Source: Calditrichia bacterium (GTDB taxonomy: Bacteria > Calditrichota > Calditrichia > JAJRVZ01). From it: 64,000 bases of DNA. The stretch lies in assembly GCA_963796965.1 (NCBI GenBank), contig CAWCNS010000005.1:832001-896000 (forward strand), in the 5' to 3' direction. The notes below the pieces were generated by a model. It was not told the DNA's origin and did not search any database. It saw only the letters and a list, made by a program, of their open reading frames with translations. A program made the translations under genes and the position numbers. This document shows positions 1 to 10,986 of the stretch, in pieces; the first letter of the stretch is position 1; each line of letters opens with the position of its first letter.

Positions 1-1
1 T

Positions 2-1544
2 TTCGATTATTTACATCGGTTTCCTCCAGATTGGCCTGACAGCACCTGGCGTGGTGTCCGGGCCATGGAACACGCTGTTACTGGTTACTGGCTTTTTCGC
101 CGGACACATAATCCAAAAATTTTGGAGACAATTAAATCAATTGCAGATAACAGTGACGACTGGAGCAATTATTTTTACACCTTTCCCTGGGATTCAACAG
201 CAGTTGCAGAAAAGCGAATCCCTCATAATTGGGGCCGCGATGGTTTAACTGCCCACGTTGTAAATAATGCCATGGCAATAAAGTATCCCGGTTTATGGTA
301 TCAGCAATCGGGTGATGATTGGCATCGAAGTGCTGTTTATAAAGCAATTGAAAATTTTGACCGGAATCATGGACAAGTTGGTGGGCGCTTCTCCGGAGAT
401 GAACATCTTTCTGGTAAACGACCAACCCAGGGTACTGAATTGTGTGCGATAATTGAGTATATGTACTCTCTTGAAAAACTGATTCAAATCTTTGGGGATG
501 TTTCTTTTGCAGACCGGTTAGAGTTACTTACATACAATGCCCTTCCGGGTACAATGACACCGGATTGCTGGGCACACCAATATGATCAGCAAGCAAATCA
601 AGTACTCGTTAATTATGCAAAGAGGAACTGGAGTACAAATGGGCCGGCAGCAAATATATATGGATTAATGCCTCATTACCCCTGTTGTTTGGCTAACATG
701 CATCAGGGATGGCCAAAATTCGTTTCTCATATGTGGATGGCAACACATGATGGAGGACTTGCTCTCACTTCCTATGGGCCCACAAAAGTATCTGCAACCG
801 TTGGAATTGGCCAACACATAATTATTACAGAAAAGACCAATTATCCCTTTGAAAATAGTATTGAACTTAAATTGGAAATGAGTAAGCCGACTGAGTTTCC
901 TCTTTACCTGCGTATTCCTGGTTGGGCAAAGGGATGTATCATCCGCTATAAGGGTATCACCCTGGCACCAGAAACCGGCCAGTTTGAAACATTACGGCAA
1001 ATATGGAATAATAATGATACCATTATTATTGTTTTTCCGATGTCTATAACACTTAGAATCACGATATAATCAGACCACATCAATTCGAAGGGGCCCTCTT
1101 TATTATTCATTGAGAGTGGGGAAAAAGTATAAATCTGTAAAATTAAAAACAGGACTTTTTTACAGCATACCATACAAAGGGTCAAGGGATTGGGAAATAT
1201 ATCCTACGACAAAATGGAATTATGCCCTTCTTTTGGATAAAAAGGATCCTACCCGACTGATCGAAGTTCATCATAATTCAATTCAGTCTTATCCATTTTC
1301 AGATATTGGAGATCTGGTTTATAACATGGCGAAAAACGATTTTCAGCCCTGGGAATATGAAGCGCCAATTGTTCTCTCTTTACAAGGTTTTGAGATTCCT
1401 GGTTGGAGAATGTATAAGAACTCTGCAGCCGATCCGCCATCTGGAATGTTTAAAACCAAGGAGAATCCGGAACAAATATTTCTGGTGCCTTATGGCTGCA
1501 CCAGGCTGCGTATCTCAGAATTCCCTGTTGTAACAGATAATTAA
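2..1544 (+). CDS. Glycoside hydrolase, GH127/GH146 (beta-L-arabinofuranosidase-like); 5'-partial, +1 frameshift near 1050
   Basis: Frame is open from base 2. Motifs GTELCAIIE, ADRLELLTYNALP, YDQQANQ, YPCCLANMHQGWPK and YLRIPGWA; after the shift it continues SIRRGPLYYSL...LVPYGCTRLRISEFP. Confidence 0.8.
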
Positions 1545-1713
1545 TTTCTCACGCAGCGCCCGCAACGTCGCCGCACTCTCATTCTCATCAAGGTACAGTC
1601 ATTAATACGTAATTTGAAATTATCGCATATATGTCATAACTTTCCCGATATTTAGTAGATAGGCCTTATTCTTATTTATTTGTTTTTATTTATCTTATAG
1701 CCAGGTTATTCTT

Positions 1714-2587
1714 ATGGGTAGAATTGTATATCTATTAATATTAAAGCCGCTTTCGTGGTTCCCTTTGGAAATGTTATATTATTTATCCAATTTCATTTAT
1801 TTCCTGGTTTATCATGTGGTGGGTTATAGAAAAAAAGTTGTATTGGAAAATTTACACAATTCATTTCCGGAAAAGAATGAAGATGAAATTAACAAAATTT
1901 GTAATCATTTCTACCAACATTTAACTGATCTAATCGTTGAAAGCATTAAGTTATTTAGTATTTCCAAAGACGAGATAATCAAACGATACAAATTCACAAA
2001 TCCAGAAGTACTGGATAATTATTATGATGATGGTAAAAGTGTTCTTATCGTCGGAGGACATTATAATAACTGGGAAATGGCGGCGGTGGGTACAAATCCC
2101 CAAATGAAACATCAGGCCGCAGGAATATACACCCCAATGACCAACGCCTATTTTGAAAAAGTCTTTAGAAAATCCAGAGGGAAATACGGTATCCTGCTTA
2201 TAAAAAAAGATGAGGTAAAAGAATATTTTGCAGAATATAAAGATCAATTGACGGCGACTATTTTTGGAGCTGACCAGTCCCCTTCTCTTCACAGCAAGAA
2301 AGTATACTGGACGAATTTTTTAAATCAGGAGACAGCCGTCATGTTTGGGACTGAAAAATTCGCCAAGGAATTTAATTATCCTGTCGTTTTTGTTCAGGTA
2401 AATAAAATTAAACGTGGCTATTATGAGTCTGATATTCACCACAATTGCAGAAGATCCATCCACCTTTGAATATGGTCAAATAACAGAATTACATACGCGG
2501 TATCTTGAAAATATAATTCGTGAAAAACCCGAGTACTGGCTCTGGACGCATAAGAGATGGAAACGTAAGCGTAGTGACTATGCGTGA
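1714..2587 (+). CDS. Lipid A late acyltransferase, LpxL/HtrB family; +1 frameshift near 2428
   Basis: GHYNNWE catalytic motif and ADQSP. The shifted frame supplies the conserved C-terminus IIREKPEYWLWTHKRWK, with TGA at 2585-2587. Confidence 0.85.
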
Positions 2588-2646
2588 TATGGGAGGCGCA
2601 ATTGGTGAGAGAGAATGAATTTAGAAATAAACCTAAAACAAAATAA

Positions 2647-3288
2647 ATGAAACTATTAAAAAATAAAATTGCTGCTATATTTGATCTGGATGGAACTCTT
2701 GTAAATAATGAGCCAGTAAAAGGTGAGGCTCTTGCAGAAACCTGTAGACGTCATGGTGGCAGGAGCGAGGGAGAAATTTATAAAGAGGTAGTAGGTAACA
2801 GATATGAAGTGGTACGTAATTATTTCTGTGAAAATGCCCAGATATCAATAGATGATGATGCTTTTGATAATACATTAAAAGAAGTGTATTTAGATCTTCT
2901 CAAGACAGAAGTTGATTTGACGGATGGGGCTGGTGAATTTTTAGATTCATTAAAAATCAATCATCTCAAGACTGGCTTAGTCAGTTCTGCCCAAAGATGG
3001 ATGGTCAATTCCGTATTAAAAAGATTCTCAATGGATTCAGTTTTCGATCTTAAAATAGTAAGAGAGGATGTGCAGAACCATAAACCTTCTCCGGAAGCAT
3101 ATTTGCTTGCGCTAGAAAAGTTGAAATTAGAGAAGAATAGTGTAATTGTATTTGAAGATTCGTCATCTGGATTAGTTGCGGCCCAGGAAGCAGGTTGCGA
3201 GGTTATTGCCATTCGGCATGCCTACAATCAACATCAGGTTTTTAGTTCGGCCCTCATGGAAATAGAATCATTTAAAGAAATTATGTAA
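2647..3288 (+). CDS. HAD-family phosphatase (beta-phosphoglucomutase-like)
   Basis: IFDLDGTL, KPSPEAY and VFEDSSSG motifs. Confidence 0.85.
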   Translation: MKLLKNKIAAIFDLDGTLVNNEPVKGEALAETCRRHGGRSEGEIYKEVVGNRYEVVRNYFCENAQISIDDDAFDNTLKEVYLDLLKTEVDLTDGAGEFLDSLKINHLKTGLVSSAQRWMVNSVLKRFSMDSVFDLKIVREDVQNHKPSPEAYLLALEKLKLEKNSVIVFEDSSSGLVAAQEAGCEVIAIRHAYNQHQVFSSALMEIESFKEIM

Positions 3289-3510
3289 TCTTGATACTTG
3301 ATTCTCGATACTGAATATTTATTTTTGATCTTCCTACTCTGTGAATTATTTAGTGTCAAATAGGTTCGTCCTCCTTCTCATTTGAAGGATATGTACCCTC
3401 AGGAAGATCTTACCATTAAATATAGATGTTTCTTTTACCAGCCGGAAAACTTGCTGCACGCAAACTAATCATAAACACTCGAAATAAATATATTAGTAGG
3501 TAATAGAAAG

Positions 3511-3999
3511 ATGGAATATACAACAATTATTTTGTGGATTCTTGCTGTAATCTTCACTATCTCCGGTCTCATTGGAATGATTCTTCCCGCCCTTCCGGGT
3601 AGCCTCCTTCTTCTAACGGGGATCATCTTTGCAGGTTGGGCCGAAGATTTTAATTATATAAGTACCGGAACAATCATTATTCTCGTTGTTTTAACAATTC
3701 TCTCCTATATCATGGATTTTCTGGCCACTGCCTTAGGAGCAAAAAAATTTGGTGCTAGCCCAAGAGCCTCTATTGGCGCTGCCATTGGGGCAATAATTGG
3801 TATGTTTTTTGGATTGATCGGAATTATCATTGGACCCTTTCTAGGCGCGTTTATTGCAGAACTTTCAGTAAATAGCAAAATAAGACAGGCCAGCGAAGCA
3901 GGTGTGGGAGCCTGGCTAGGCATGGTTCTGGGCACGGCTGCGAAAATAGCCATTGGTTTCACGATGATCGGTATTTATTTATTTGCACGATTTATATAG
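3511..3999 (+). CDS. DUF456 (YqgC-like) membrane protein
   Basis: Hydrophobic; LPALPG, GAKKFGAS and GIIIGPFLGAFIAEL motifs. Confidence 0.8.
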   Translation: MEYTTIILWILAVIFTISGLIGMILPALPGSLLLLTGIIFAGWAEDFNYISTGTIIILVVLTILSYIMDFLATALGAKKFGASPRASIGAAIGAIIGMFFGLIGIIIGPFLGAFIAELSVNSKIRQASEAGVGAWLGMVLGTAAKIAIGFTMIGIYLFARFI

Positions 4000-4138
4000 A
4001 ATGTAAATTAATCCTTATTATAATTTCACGAAAAATACAGATGACGATTAAAAGTAATATTTTTGGTATCCTTGCTTATTCCTTCCCTCTTTTTACACAT
4101 CAAGGTCTTAGATAGTATTTAAAATTATTTTTTTCTAC

Positions 4139-4167
4139 TTGCTTAATAAGATTAATTCCTATATAAT
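4139..4167 (+). promoter_or_regulatory. Sigma70-type promoter with an overlapping imperfect palindrome (candidate PerR/Fur operator)
   Basis: TTGCTT (4139-4144), 17 bp spacer, TATAAT (4162-4167). Palindrome ATAAGATT-A-ATTCCTAT at 4146-4162. Confidence 0.55.
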
Positions 4168-4173
4168 AATGCT

Positions 4174-4614
4174 ATGCAAGAAGAGTCACAAAACGATCAA
4201 ATTAAATATTTCACCAACCTATGTAAAATAAATCACTTACGTGTTACACCCCAGCGTATTGCAATTTATAAGGAAATAATAAAATCGAAAAAACACCCTA
4301 CGGCTAATATGGTTTATACAAATATACGCCGGGGCTATCCCCATATTTCATTTGATACAGTGAACCGTACATTAAATACTTTCTCTAATGTTGGCATTAT
4401 TGACACCGTTGAATCCTATAGTGGATCTAAACGATTCGATCCCAAACGTCTCAGTCACCATCACATCCATTGTATCACATGTGGCGATATCATCGACTTT
4501 GAAAACAATACGTACGATGCTTTAGAAGTTACGGATGAAATAAAACATGCCTATAAAGTAGTAAGTAGACGTGTCGTTATAAATGTAATCTGTAATAAAT
4601 GTCGTGATGATTAA
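4174..4614 (+). CDS. perR: Fur-family regulator, PerR-like
   Basis: RVTPQRIAI, HPTA, HHHIHCITCG and C-terminal CNKC; sits directly upstream of rubrerythrin. Confidence 0.75.
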   Translation: MQEESQNDQIKYFTNLCKINHLRVTPQRIAIYKEIIKSKKHPTANMVYTNIRRGYPHISFDTVNRTLNTFSNVGIIDTVESYSGSKRFDPKRLSHHHIHCITCGDIIDFENNTYDALEVTDEIKHAYKVVSRRVVINVICNKCRDD

Positions 4615-4776
4615 ACAAGTATAAACTACTGATTAGAAATAACGAAAATAGCCACTGACTTATACAGAATTTGACCATAAAATTGAATCCTATACACTGC
4701 AATAAATCTATCTGGAATTTCGGGATTTAATAATTCCGTGAAATCAGTGGCCAATACAAAAAAACAGGAGATTGAA

Positions 4777-5298
4777 ATGAGCAAAACAATTGAAAATTTA
4801 AAAGCAGCCTTTGCAGGAGAATCACAAGCAAGAAACAAATATACCTTTTATGCAGCCGTGGCCAGGAAAGAGGGTTATCATTATATTGCTAAAATCTTTG
4901 AAGAAACTGCTGAAAATGAAATGCGTCATGCAAAAGATGAATTTAAACTTCTTGATCAATTAGGTGATACAATAGTCAATCTCAAGGCTGCGATGGAAGG
5001 TGAAGACTATGAAGTTATCGATATGTACCCAACATTTGCTAAAGAAGCTGAGGAAGAAGGAAATACTGCCGCAGCAATTCTGTTTAAGCAAATCGCTAAA
5101 GTAGAAGCACACCACAGGGATCGCTATAAAAAATTATTGGAAATGGTTGAGAATGGTACCGTATTCAAACGAGATGAACCTATTAAATGGAAATGTGGAA
5201 AATGTGGGTTCGTGTATACCGGAACTGAAGCCCCTCCTAAATGTCCCTGCTGTAAACATGGACGGGAACATTTTGAACCTGCCAACATGGATGTATAA
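4777..5298 (+). CDS. rbr: Rubrerythrin
   Basis: AFAGESQARNKY, ENEMRHA, EAHH diiron ligands and a C-terminal CxxC...CxxC rubredoxin-like site; AGGAG RBS before ATG 4777. Confidence 0.92.
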   Translation: MSKTIENLKAAFAGESQARNKYTFYAAVARKEGYHYIAKIFEETAENEMRHAKDEFKLLDQLGDTIVNLKAAMEGEDYEVIDMYPTFAKEAEEEGNTAAAILFKQIAKVEAHHRDRYKKLLEMVENGTVFKRDEPIKWKCGKCGFVYTGTEAPPKCPCCKHGREHFEPANMDV

Positions 5299-5307
5299 GG
5301 GGAAATT

Positions 5308-6708
5308 ATGGCCAAATACATATGTCAGGTTTGTGAATATATATATGACGAAGACAAAGAGGGGACCAGGTGGGATGATCTTCCTGATGACTGGGTGTGC
5401 CCCATTTGTGATTCTGACAAATCACTTTTTACACGGATGGAAGATGAAAAAGATGAAGCAATTCCCTCCCCTCCCACAGAATCTATGTCGATTAATGATT
5501 TAATAAGAAAAGCTGATGACACTGAAAACTATATGGCTGACATTCATAAGATGGCGGATACCGGCAATTCAATCATTGAACCGATGAAGACAAAGAATCC
5601 GGTCATCTCCTGGGATGAGATCCTAATTAAAGGTGCCCAATTATCCAAAATTCCTCTCAACCATGAAGATCCTGTAAAGTCAGAGACGATTATAGGACCT
5701 AAGGCCAAGAAACCCCTGCTTATTGATTCACCGATATATGTAAGTCATATGTCCTTTGGGGCACTTTCCAGAGAGGCAAAGTTAGCCTTGGCGAAAGGAA
5801 GTGCTCTTGCGAAAACAGCCATGTGTTCCGGTGAAGGCGGCATTTTACCGGAATCAATGGAGAGCGCTTATAAATATATCTTTGAATATGTCCCCAATAA
5901 ATACAGTGTGACAGATGAAAATTTAAAGAATGCCGATGCTATTGAAATTAAAATCGGACAATCAGCCAAACCCGGTATGGGCGGACATCTCCCCGGTCAC
6001 AAGGTAACAAAAGAGATCGCTTCTGTACGAGGATTTAAAGTAGGCGAGGATATCATCAGCCCTGCCCATTTTATGGATATAAAAAGTGGCGAGGATTTAA
6101 GAACAAAAGTTTCCTGGTTGCGGGACCTATCTGAAGGGAGGCCAATCGGGATAAAAATAGCTGCTGGTCATATTGAGGATGATCTCAAAGTTGCCCTGGA
6201 TGCGCAACCGGACTTTATCACCCTGGACGGAAGAGCTGGGGCAACCGGCGCAGCACCAAAATTTGTTAAAGCCGCAACATCTGTACCGACTATCTTTGCT
6301 TTATACCGGGCAAGAAAATATTTCGATGATCAAGGAATAACAGATGTCTCTCTATTGATCACCGGGGGTCTGCGCATATCTCCGGATTTTGCCAAGGCCC
6401 TGGCCTTGGGTGCAGATGCCATTGCAATAGCCAGTTCTGCTATGATGGCGATTGGATGCCAGCAATATCGAATATGTGATTCAGATAAATGCCCTATGGG
6501 TATTGCCACCCAGAATCCTGAGTTACGGGCAAGATTGAATATTGATCAATCTGCCCGACAATTGGAAAATTTCCTAAATGTATCGAAAAATGAGATAATG
6601 AATTTTGCCAGATTAACCGGTAACGATGATGTTCATGGATTATCTATAGATGATTTATGTACCTGTAGTTCAGAAATCTCTGACCATACGAATATCGATC
6701 ATGTTTAA
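5308..6708 (+). CDS. Rubredoxin fused to an FMN-binding glutamate-synthase (GltB2-like) domain
   Basis: N-terminal CQVCEYIY...[10 protein letters not shown]. Then [30 protein letters not shown] and the Fe-S motif [19 protein letters not shown]. Confidence 0.85.
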   Translation: MAKYICQVCEYIYDEDKEGTRWDDLPDDWVCPICDSDKSLFTRMEDEKDEAIPSPPTESMSINDLIRKADDTENYMADIHKMADTGNSIIEPMKTKNPVISWDEILIKGAQLSKIPLNHEDPVKSETIIGPKAKKPLLIDSPIYVSHMSFGALSREAKLALAKGSALAKTAMCSGEGGILPESMESAYKYIFEYVPNKYSVTDENLKNADAIEIKIGQSAKPGMGGHLPGHKVTKEIASVRGFKVGEDIISPAHFMDIKSGEDLRTKVSWLRDLSEGRPIGIKIAAGHIEDDLKVALDAQPDFITLDGRAGATGAAPKFVKAATSVPTIFALYRARKYFDDQGITDVSLLITGGLRISPDFAKALALGADAIAIASSAMMAIGCQQYRICDSDKCPMGIATQNPELRARLNIDQSARQLENFLNVSKNEIMNFARLTGNDDVHGLSIDDLCTCSSEISDHTNIDHV

Positions 6709-7011
6709 TTGAACTTATGTCTCAAAAAATGGCATTCAGAGGTAAGTTCATTTAAAATGTTTGGAAATTAAAGAATTTTTAGTTTTCTCTGATTATTTTT
6801 TTTAATAAAGGTGGATCTTTAATATCGCAATTCATTATTTGTTCCTGTGCAGAGATATCATTAGATAAACGAGGTTTTCGTTTGATGAGACGCCTCTGCA
6901 ATTTTCATCGAAAGATTCCTTTCTATTAGACATGCGACCTCATTTATATACGACAATGTTATATTCAAGGTAAGAAATTAGATAAAGCATCAATAAAAAA
7001 GATTTAGGAGA

Positions 7012-7451
7012 ATGAAGAAAGTTGATATTAAAGCATTATTTGTCGCAATTTTTGCATCCGCGATTGGTTTTATTATTATTGATTTTTAGTAGAAATTCTC
7101 TTATTTCGAGCATTTGGTATCTCAGAGGAACATCTCTACACATATTTTAACATATCACCATCGGGGGTGATTTTTCAGGCAATAAATCTTTTTATCTTTT
7201 TTCTGAATGTCACTCTGATAATGTCTGTTTATGTTTGGATTCGTCCAAGATTTTCTTCGGATCTAAGTGCTGCAATGACTACAAGTGGAATTTTCGCATC
7301 ACTTATGGCGCTATATCTTCTAAATCTAACTAATTTGGGAATTTACCCATTGACAATAAGTTTAACATCTATTATTTTTACTATCATAGAGTTGCCTTTT
7401 GCTGTGATGATTGGAGCCGTTACTTATACCTCAAGAACAGAAAAGAAATAA
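7012..7451 (+). CDS. Hypothetical membrane protein; -1 frameshift in a T-run near 7085
   Basis: AGGAG RBS and ATG 7012 (MKKVDIKALFVAIF...) join the 7167-7451 frame if one T is added. Confidence 0.55.
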
Positions 7452-7748
7452 AACACCCATTATACTTTAAAAATAATTTATTTTGCAGATTTTTTTCGAT
7501 GTTTTAATGTGTTTTATTAGCGCTATCATTTTGTTTCCCTATAATATTGCTATAAAAGACACAAAGAACTATCCACGATTTTCAATTAATTTCGCAAATA
7601 TTTTTTATATAATTTTATAAGATTTTTTATATCTTTGCGGCTTAGCACCTTTGCGAGAGAATTATTAATTAATCGGAAAAAAGTTATTTATCATCTCCCT
7701 GGTTGCATTTCCAAAAAATGACATATTATTAATTCAGGATGAAAAAGA

Positions 7749-8129
7749 TTGGAATTCTATTTAATCATTGCCGGGATTTTAACATTTATTATCGGCCTGG
7801 CCCATTCCTACCTTGGTGAGCGCTATATTCTTATAAGACTATTACAGTATTCGGAATTACCAAAATTATTTGGTGATGACTCTTTTACCAGGCAAACTCT
7901 AAGATTTGCCTGGCATCTCACAACACTCGCATGGTGGGGATTGGCTGTGATTCTATTTGTGACTTCGGGGCTATTTTTTTCACTTAAGGCCGGTGAATCA
8001 ATACTTATCATAATTGCCCTAATTTTCTTTTTTAGTGCGTTACTCTCGTTAATCATTACCAAGGGCCGACATCTTTCATGGATAATTTATTTGGTAATTA
8101 TGTTTTTAATCTTACTTGCTGTCTCCTGA
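7749..8129 (+). CDS. Hypothetical membrane protein (about 4 TM segments)
   Basis: Hydrophobic ORF with HSYLGE and RFAWHLTT motifs. Confidence 0.6.
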   Translation: MEFYLIIAGILTFIIGLAHSYLGERYILIRLLQYSELPKLFGDDSFTRQTLRFAWHLTTLAWWGLAVILFVTSGLFFSLKAGESILIIIALIFFFSALLSLIITKGRHLSWIIYLVIMFLILLAVS

Positions 8130-8353
8130 TATAATCCAACAAGAGAATGGCAATTTTTGATATATTAATCATAAAAACAATAATTTTATCCATTCTACAC
8201 TCATCGGTTCATTCTATTTAATTTTACAATTTATTTATTGTAAGATTTTCTATGCGCCTTTGCGACCTTGTGGGAGATTTTTTAACTGATCAATTATATT
8301 AAATTATCATTTATCCAAAATTCGTAAGGGATGATTATTCTTAGGACTCAGAA

Positions 8354-8884
8354 ATGGAGATTTCAATTCAACAAGGAAGCATTGAGGATTTAAGACGGTT
8401 AACTGAAATTTATAATCATTATATTACCCATTCACATGTTACATTTGATACCGATGTATTTTCATTAATAAAACGTGAGTCGTGGTTTAAAAATTTTTCA
8501 GATCAAAGAGCATACAAACTTTTCGTAGCAAAAAAAGATGATTTTGTTATCGGGTATGCCACCAGTAGCCAATTTCGACCCAAACAGGCATATTTTACTT
8601 CTGTGGAGACAACTGTCTATGTAGATCCCTTATATTTGGGCCAGGGAATCGGATTCAAACTTTACTATACATTAATTCATGCTCTCGAAAGAGAACCTTT
8701 AGTCCATAAAGCCTTTGCCGGAATAGCACTTCCTAACGAAGACTCGGCCATCCTACATGGCCGGCTGGGTTTTCAACTAATCGGCATTTTTCACGAAGTG
8801 GGATATAAATTTGGTCGCTATTGGGATGTGGCCTGGTATGAACGTGACTTATCTATCGAGACACTTTCAACAAATGTCTTATAA
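8354..8884 (+). CDS. GNAT N-acetyltransferase, phosphinothricin acetyltransferase (YncA/MnaT)-like
   Basis: IYNHYI, VETTVYV, GQGIG, AGIALPN and VGYKFGRYWDVAW. Confidence 0.85.
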   Translation: MEISIQQGSIEDLRRLTEIYNHYITHSHVTFDTDVFSLIKRESWFKNFSDQRAYKLFVAKKDDFVIGYATSSQFRPKQAYFTSVETTVYVDPLYLGQGIGFKLYYTLIHALEREPLVHKAFAGIALPNEDSAILHGRLGFQLIGIFHEVGYKFGRYWDVAWYERDLSIETLSTNVL

Positions 8885-9010
8885 TAGATTGGATAAGTGG
8901 CAAATACTTTAATTTCGTAAATGTTTATCCCTCTGTTTCAGCTTAGGTGGGACATTTGGCAAAATTGAACATACTTTTTAATATTCTCAAATTGGAATAT
9001 AGAAAAGCAA

Positions 9011-9496
9011 ATGACATTGAATTTATTTAGAGCCAAAAGAGTCTCATGGACCTGCTTTATTGATTTAAAAAGTGATATAAAAAAAGTCTTTCTACTCTTT
9101 ACACCAAATGGAGAAAAAAAATGGGTAAAGGACTGGGATTTTGAGCCGGTCTTTCCCTATCCTTTTTACCTGGAAGAAAAGTGTGTATTTAAAACAGGTA
9201 CTCATGATTACAAAAGTGAAGAGGCAATTTGGATAATCAACAAGTATCAGCCTGAACAATATCGCATTGAATATATTCGTCTCGAATCCGCAGCGAAAAT
9301 GGGACATATACAAATCGCTTGTAAAAGCAAAAATAGAAACAGAACTGAAGTCGGTGTTACCTATACCTATACGGGCCTGACTGATGAAGGAAATATATTC
9401 ATAGAAAACTTCACAAAAGAGAAATACATAAAATACATTAAGGATTGGGAGCGGGCGCTCACTCACTATCTTCAAACGGGAACTATATTAGAATAA
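9011..9496 (+). CDS. Hypothetical protein, possibly SRPBCC/START-like fold
   Basis: Intact ORF; EKKWVKDW and a C-terminal WERALTHYL helix. Confidence 0.5.
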   Translation: MTLNLFRAKRVSWTCFIDLKSDIKKVFLLFTPNGEKKWVKDWDFEPVFPYPFYLEEKCVFKTGTHDYKSEEAIWIINKYQPEQYRIEYIRLESAAKMGHIQIACKSKNRNRTEVGVTYTYTGLTDEGNIFIENFTKEKYIKYIKDWERALTHYLQTGTILE

Positions 9497-9595
9497 CATC
9501 TCACCGACTAAATGCATGAAGCATATTGATGCAGAACCATTTTTAATAAAAGGACCATCCTGGATTTAACAGGTGGTAGAAGAATTCAAAAAGAC

Positions 9596-10678
9596 ATGAG
9601 TATAATTAATCCATTGAAATTAGACGATATCGGTTATGATAGTGTTTTCAAAGAGAATTTTAATTCCTCTTTTTCAGATGAATTTTCACCAGCACGGATT
9701 ACAGCTGTCAATAAGAACAATTTTCTCTTACTGAGTGAGTTTGGCGAGACCTATGCTGAACTAGCCGGAAAATTTATGTTTGACTTAGACTCTGCCCTGG
9801 ATTTACCAACCGTTGGTGATTGGGTGGCAGCCAGTTATTTTGATGACAACTCTCTGGCAATTATTCACGATATTCTTCCTCGAAGATCTCTCTTAAAAAG
9901 ACGAGATCCTGGAAAAAAACTTGATTATCAGTTGATAGCATCAAACATTGACACAGCATTTATTATCCAGGCTCTTGATACCAATTTCAATCTAAACCGG
10001 TTGGAACGCTATCTTGTTATGGTAAATGAGAGTAATATTGAACCTATAATCTTACTTAGTAAATCTGATCTCCTCTCTGAAATAGAATCAAACAAAATCA
10101 AAACAGAAATTGGCCGGATTAGAAATAAATTTAAATGGCTCATGTTTAGTAATAAATCCGGCCACGGCATCTCAGATATTGAGAAGCATCTCTTATCTCA
10201 AAAAACATATTGTCTACTCGGCTCATCAGGTGTTGGTAAAACAACCTTATTAAATACACTTATTGGTGAGCAGATATTTGAAGTCAGAGAAGTACGTGAA
10301 AAAGATGATAAAGGAAGACATACAACTTCGAATCGTCAATTAATTGTATTAAAGAATGGCAGCCTTATTATTGATACACCGGGCATGAAAGAATTAGGCA
10401 ATATTGCTATAGAAACTGGTATTTCAGAAACCTTTGATGATATTGAAACTTTGAGGCGCCATTGTCGATTCTCCGACTGCAGCCACACGAATGAGGAAGG
10501 ATGCGCCATTCTGGGGGGAATTGAAAATGGGACAATCAATCAAAAAAGGTATGATAATTATATCAAATTAAAAAAAGAAACTGATTTTTACCAAATGTCC
10601 TATCAGGAGAAACGTAAAAAAGACAAATCATTTGGAAAAATGATTAAACAAGTTATGAAGAATAATAGGAAAAAATGA
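9596..10678 (+). CDS. rsgA: Ribosome small-subunit-dependent GTPase A
   Basis: SKSDL, GSSGVGKTT, GRHTT, DTPG and the zinc site CRFSDCSHTNEEGC. Confidence 0.92.
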   Translation: MSIINPLKLDDIGYDSVFKENFNSSFSDEFSPARITAVNKNNFLLLSEFGETYAELAGKFMFDLDSALDLPTVGDWVAASYFDDNSLAIIHDILPRRSLLKRRDPGKKLDYQLIASNIDTAFIIQALDTNFNLNRLERYLVMVNESNIEPIILLSKSDLLSEIESNKIKTEIGRIRNKFKWLMFSNKSGHGISDIEKHLLSQKTYCLLGSSGVGKTTLLNTLIGEQIFEVREVREKDDKGRHTTSNRQLIVLKNGSLIIDTPGMKELGNIAIETGISETFDDIETLRRHCRFSDCSHTNEEGCAILGGIENGTINQKRYDNYIKLKKETDFYQMSYQEKRKKDKSFGKMIKQVMKNNRKK

Positions 10679-10843
10679 GATTATTGTAATTGGGAATTTT
10701 GAATTTGGTATCTGGAACTGTATCCTGTTTAGATATTATTGAGATAATACGCAGAGAGATGTTATAATAAGATCCCCCGTTCTCCTTCCCGTCTTTCAAT
10801 AGAGGGGTGATTATATGAGATTATTCAAAATTAGTATATCTTT

Positions 10844-10923
10844 TGTCATCCTGTCTCTGGGGAGGGAGACTGCCTGCATGCAGTTTCCAAAATTTCTTGC
10901 TGGAAGATTCTTTCGGAGTGACT
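10844..10923. repeat. GTCAY...RTGAC intergenic hairpin element (copy 1)
   Basis: Arms TGTCATCCTG and TTCGGAGTGACT; the reverse complement resembles the copy at 50161. Confidence 0.55.
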
Positions 10924-10986
10924 AATAGAGGCCAATTAATTCATAGATAAGAAATCTTATATTTTTTGACATGATCGGACCCAAAA

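Noticed and set aside
5308..6708. Canonical glutamate synthase large subunit (gltB)
   Set aside because: Only 466 aa, lacking the amidotransferase and GXGXG domains, with no gltD nearby.
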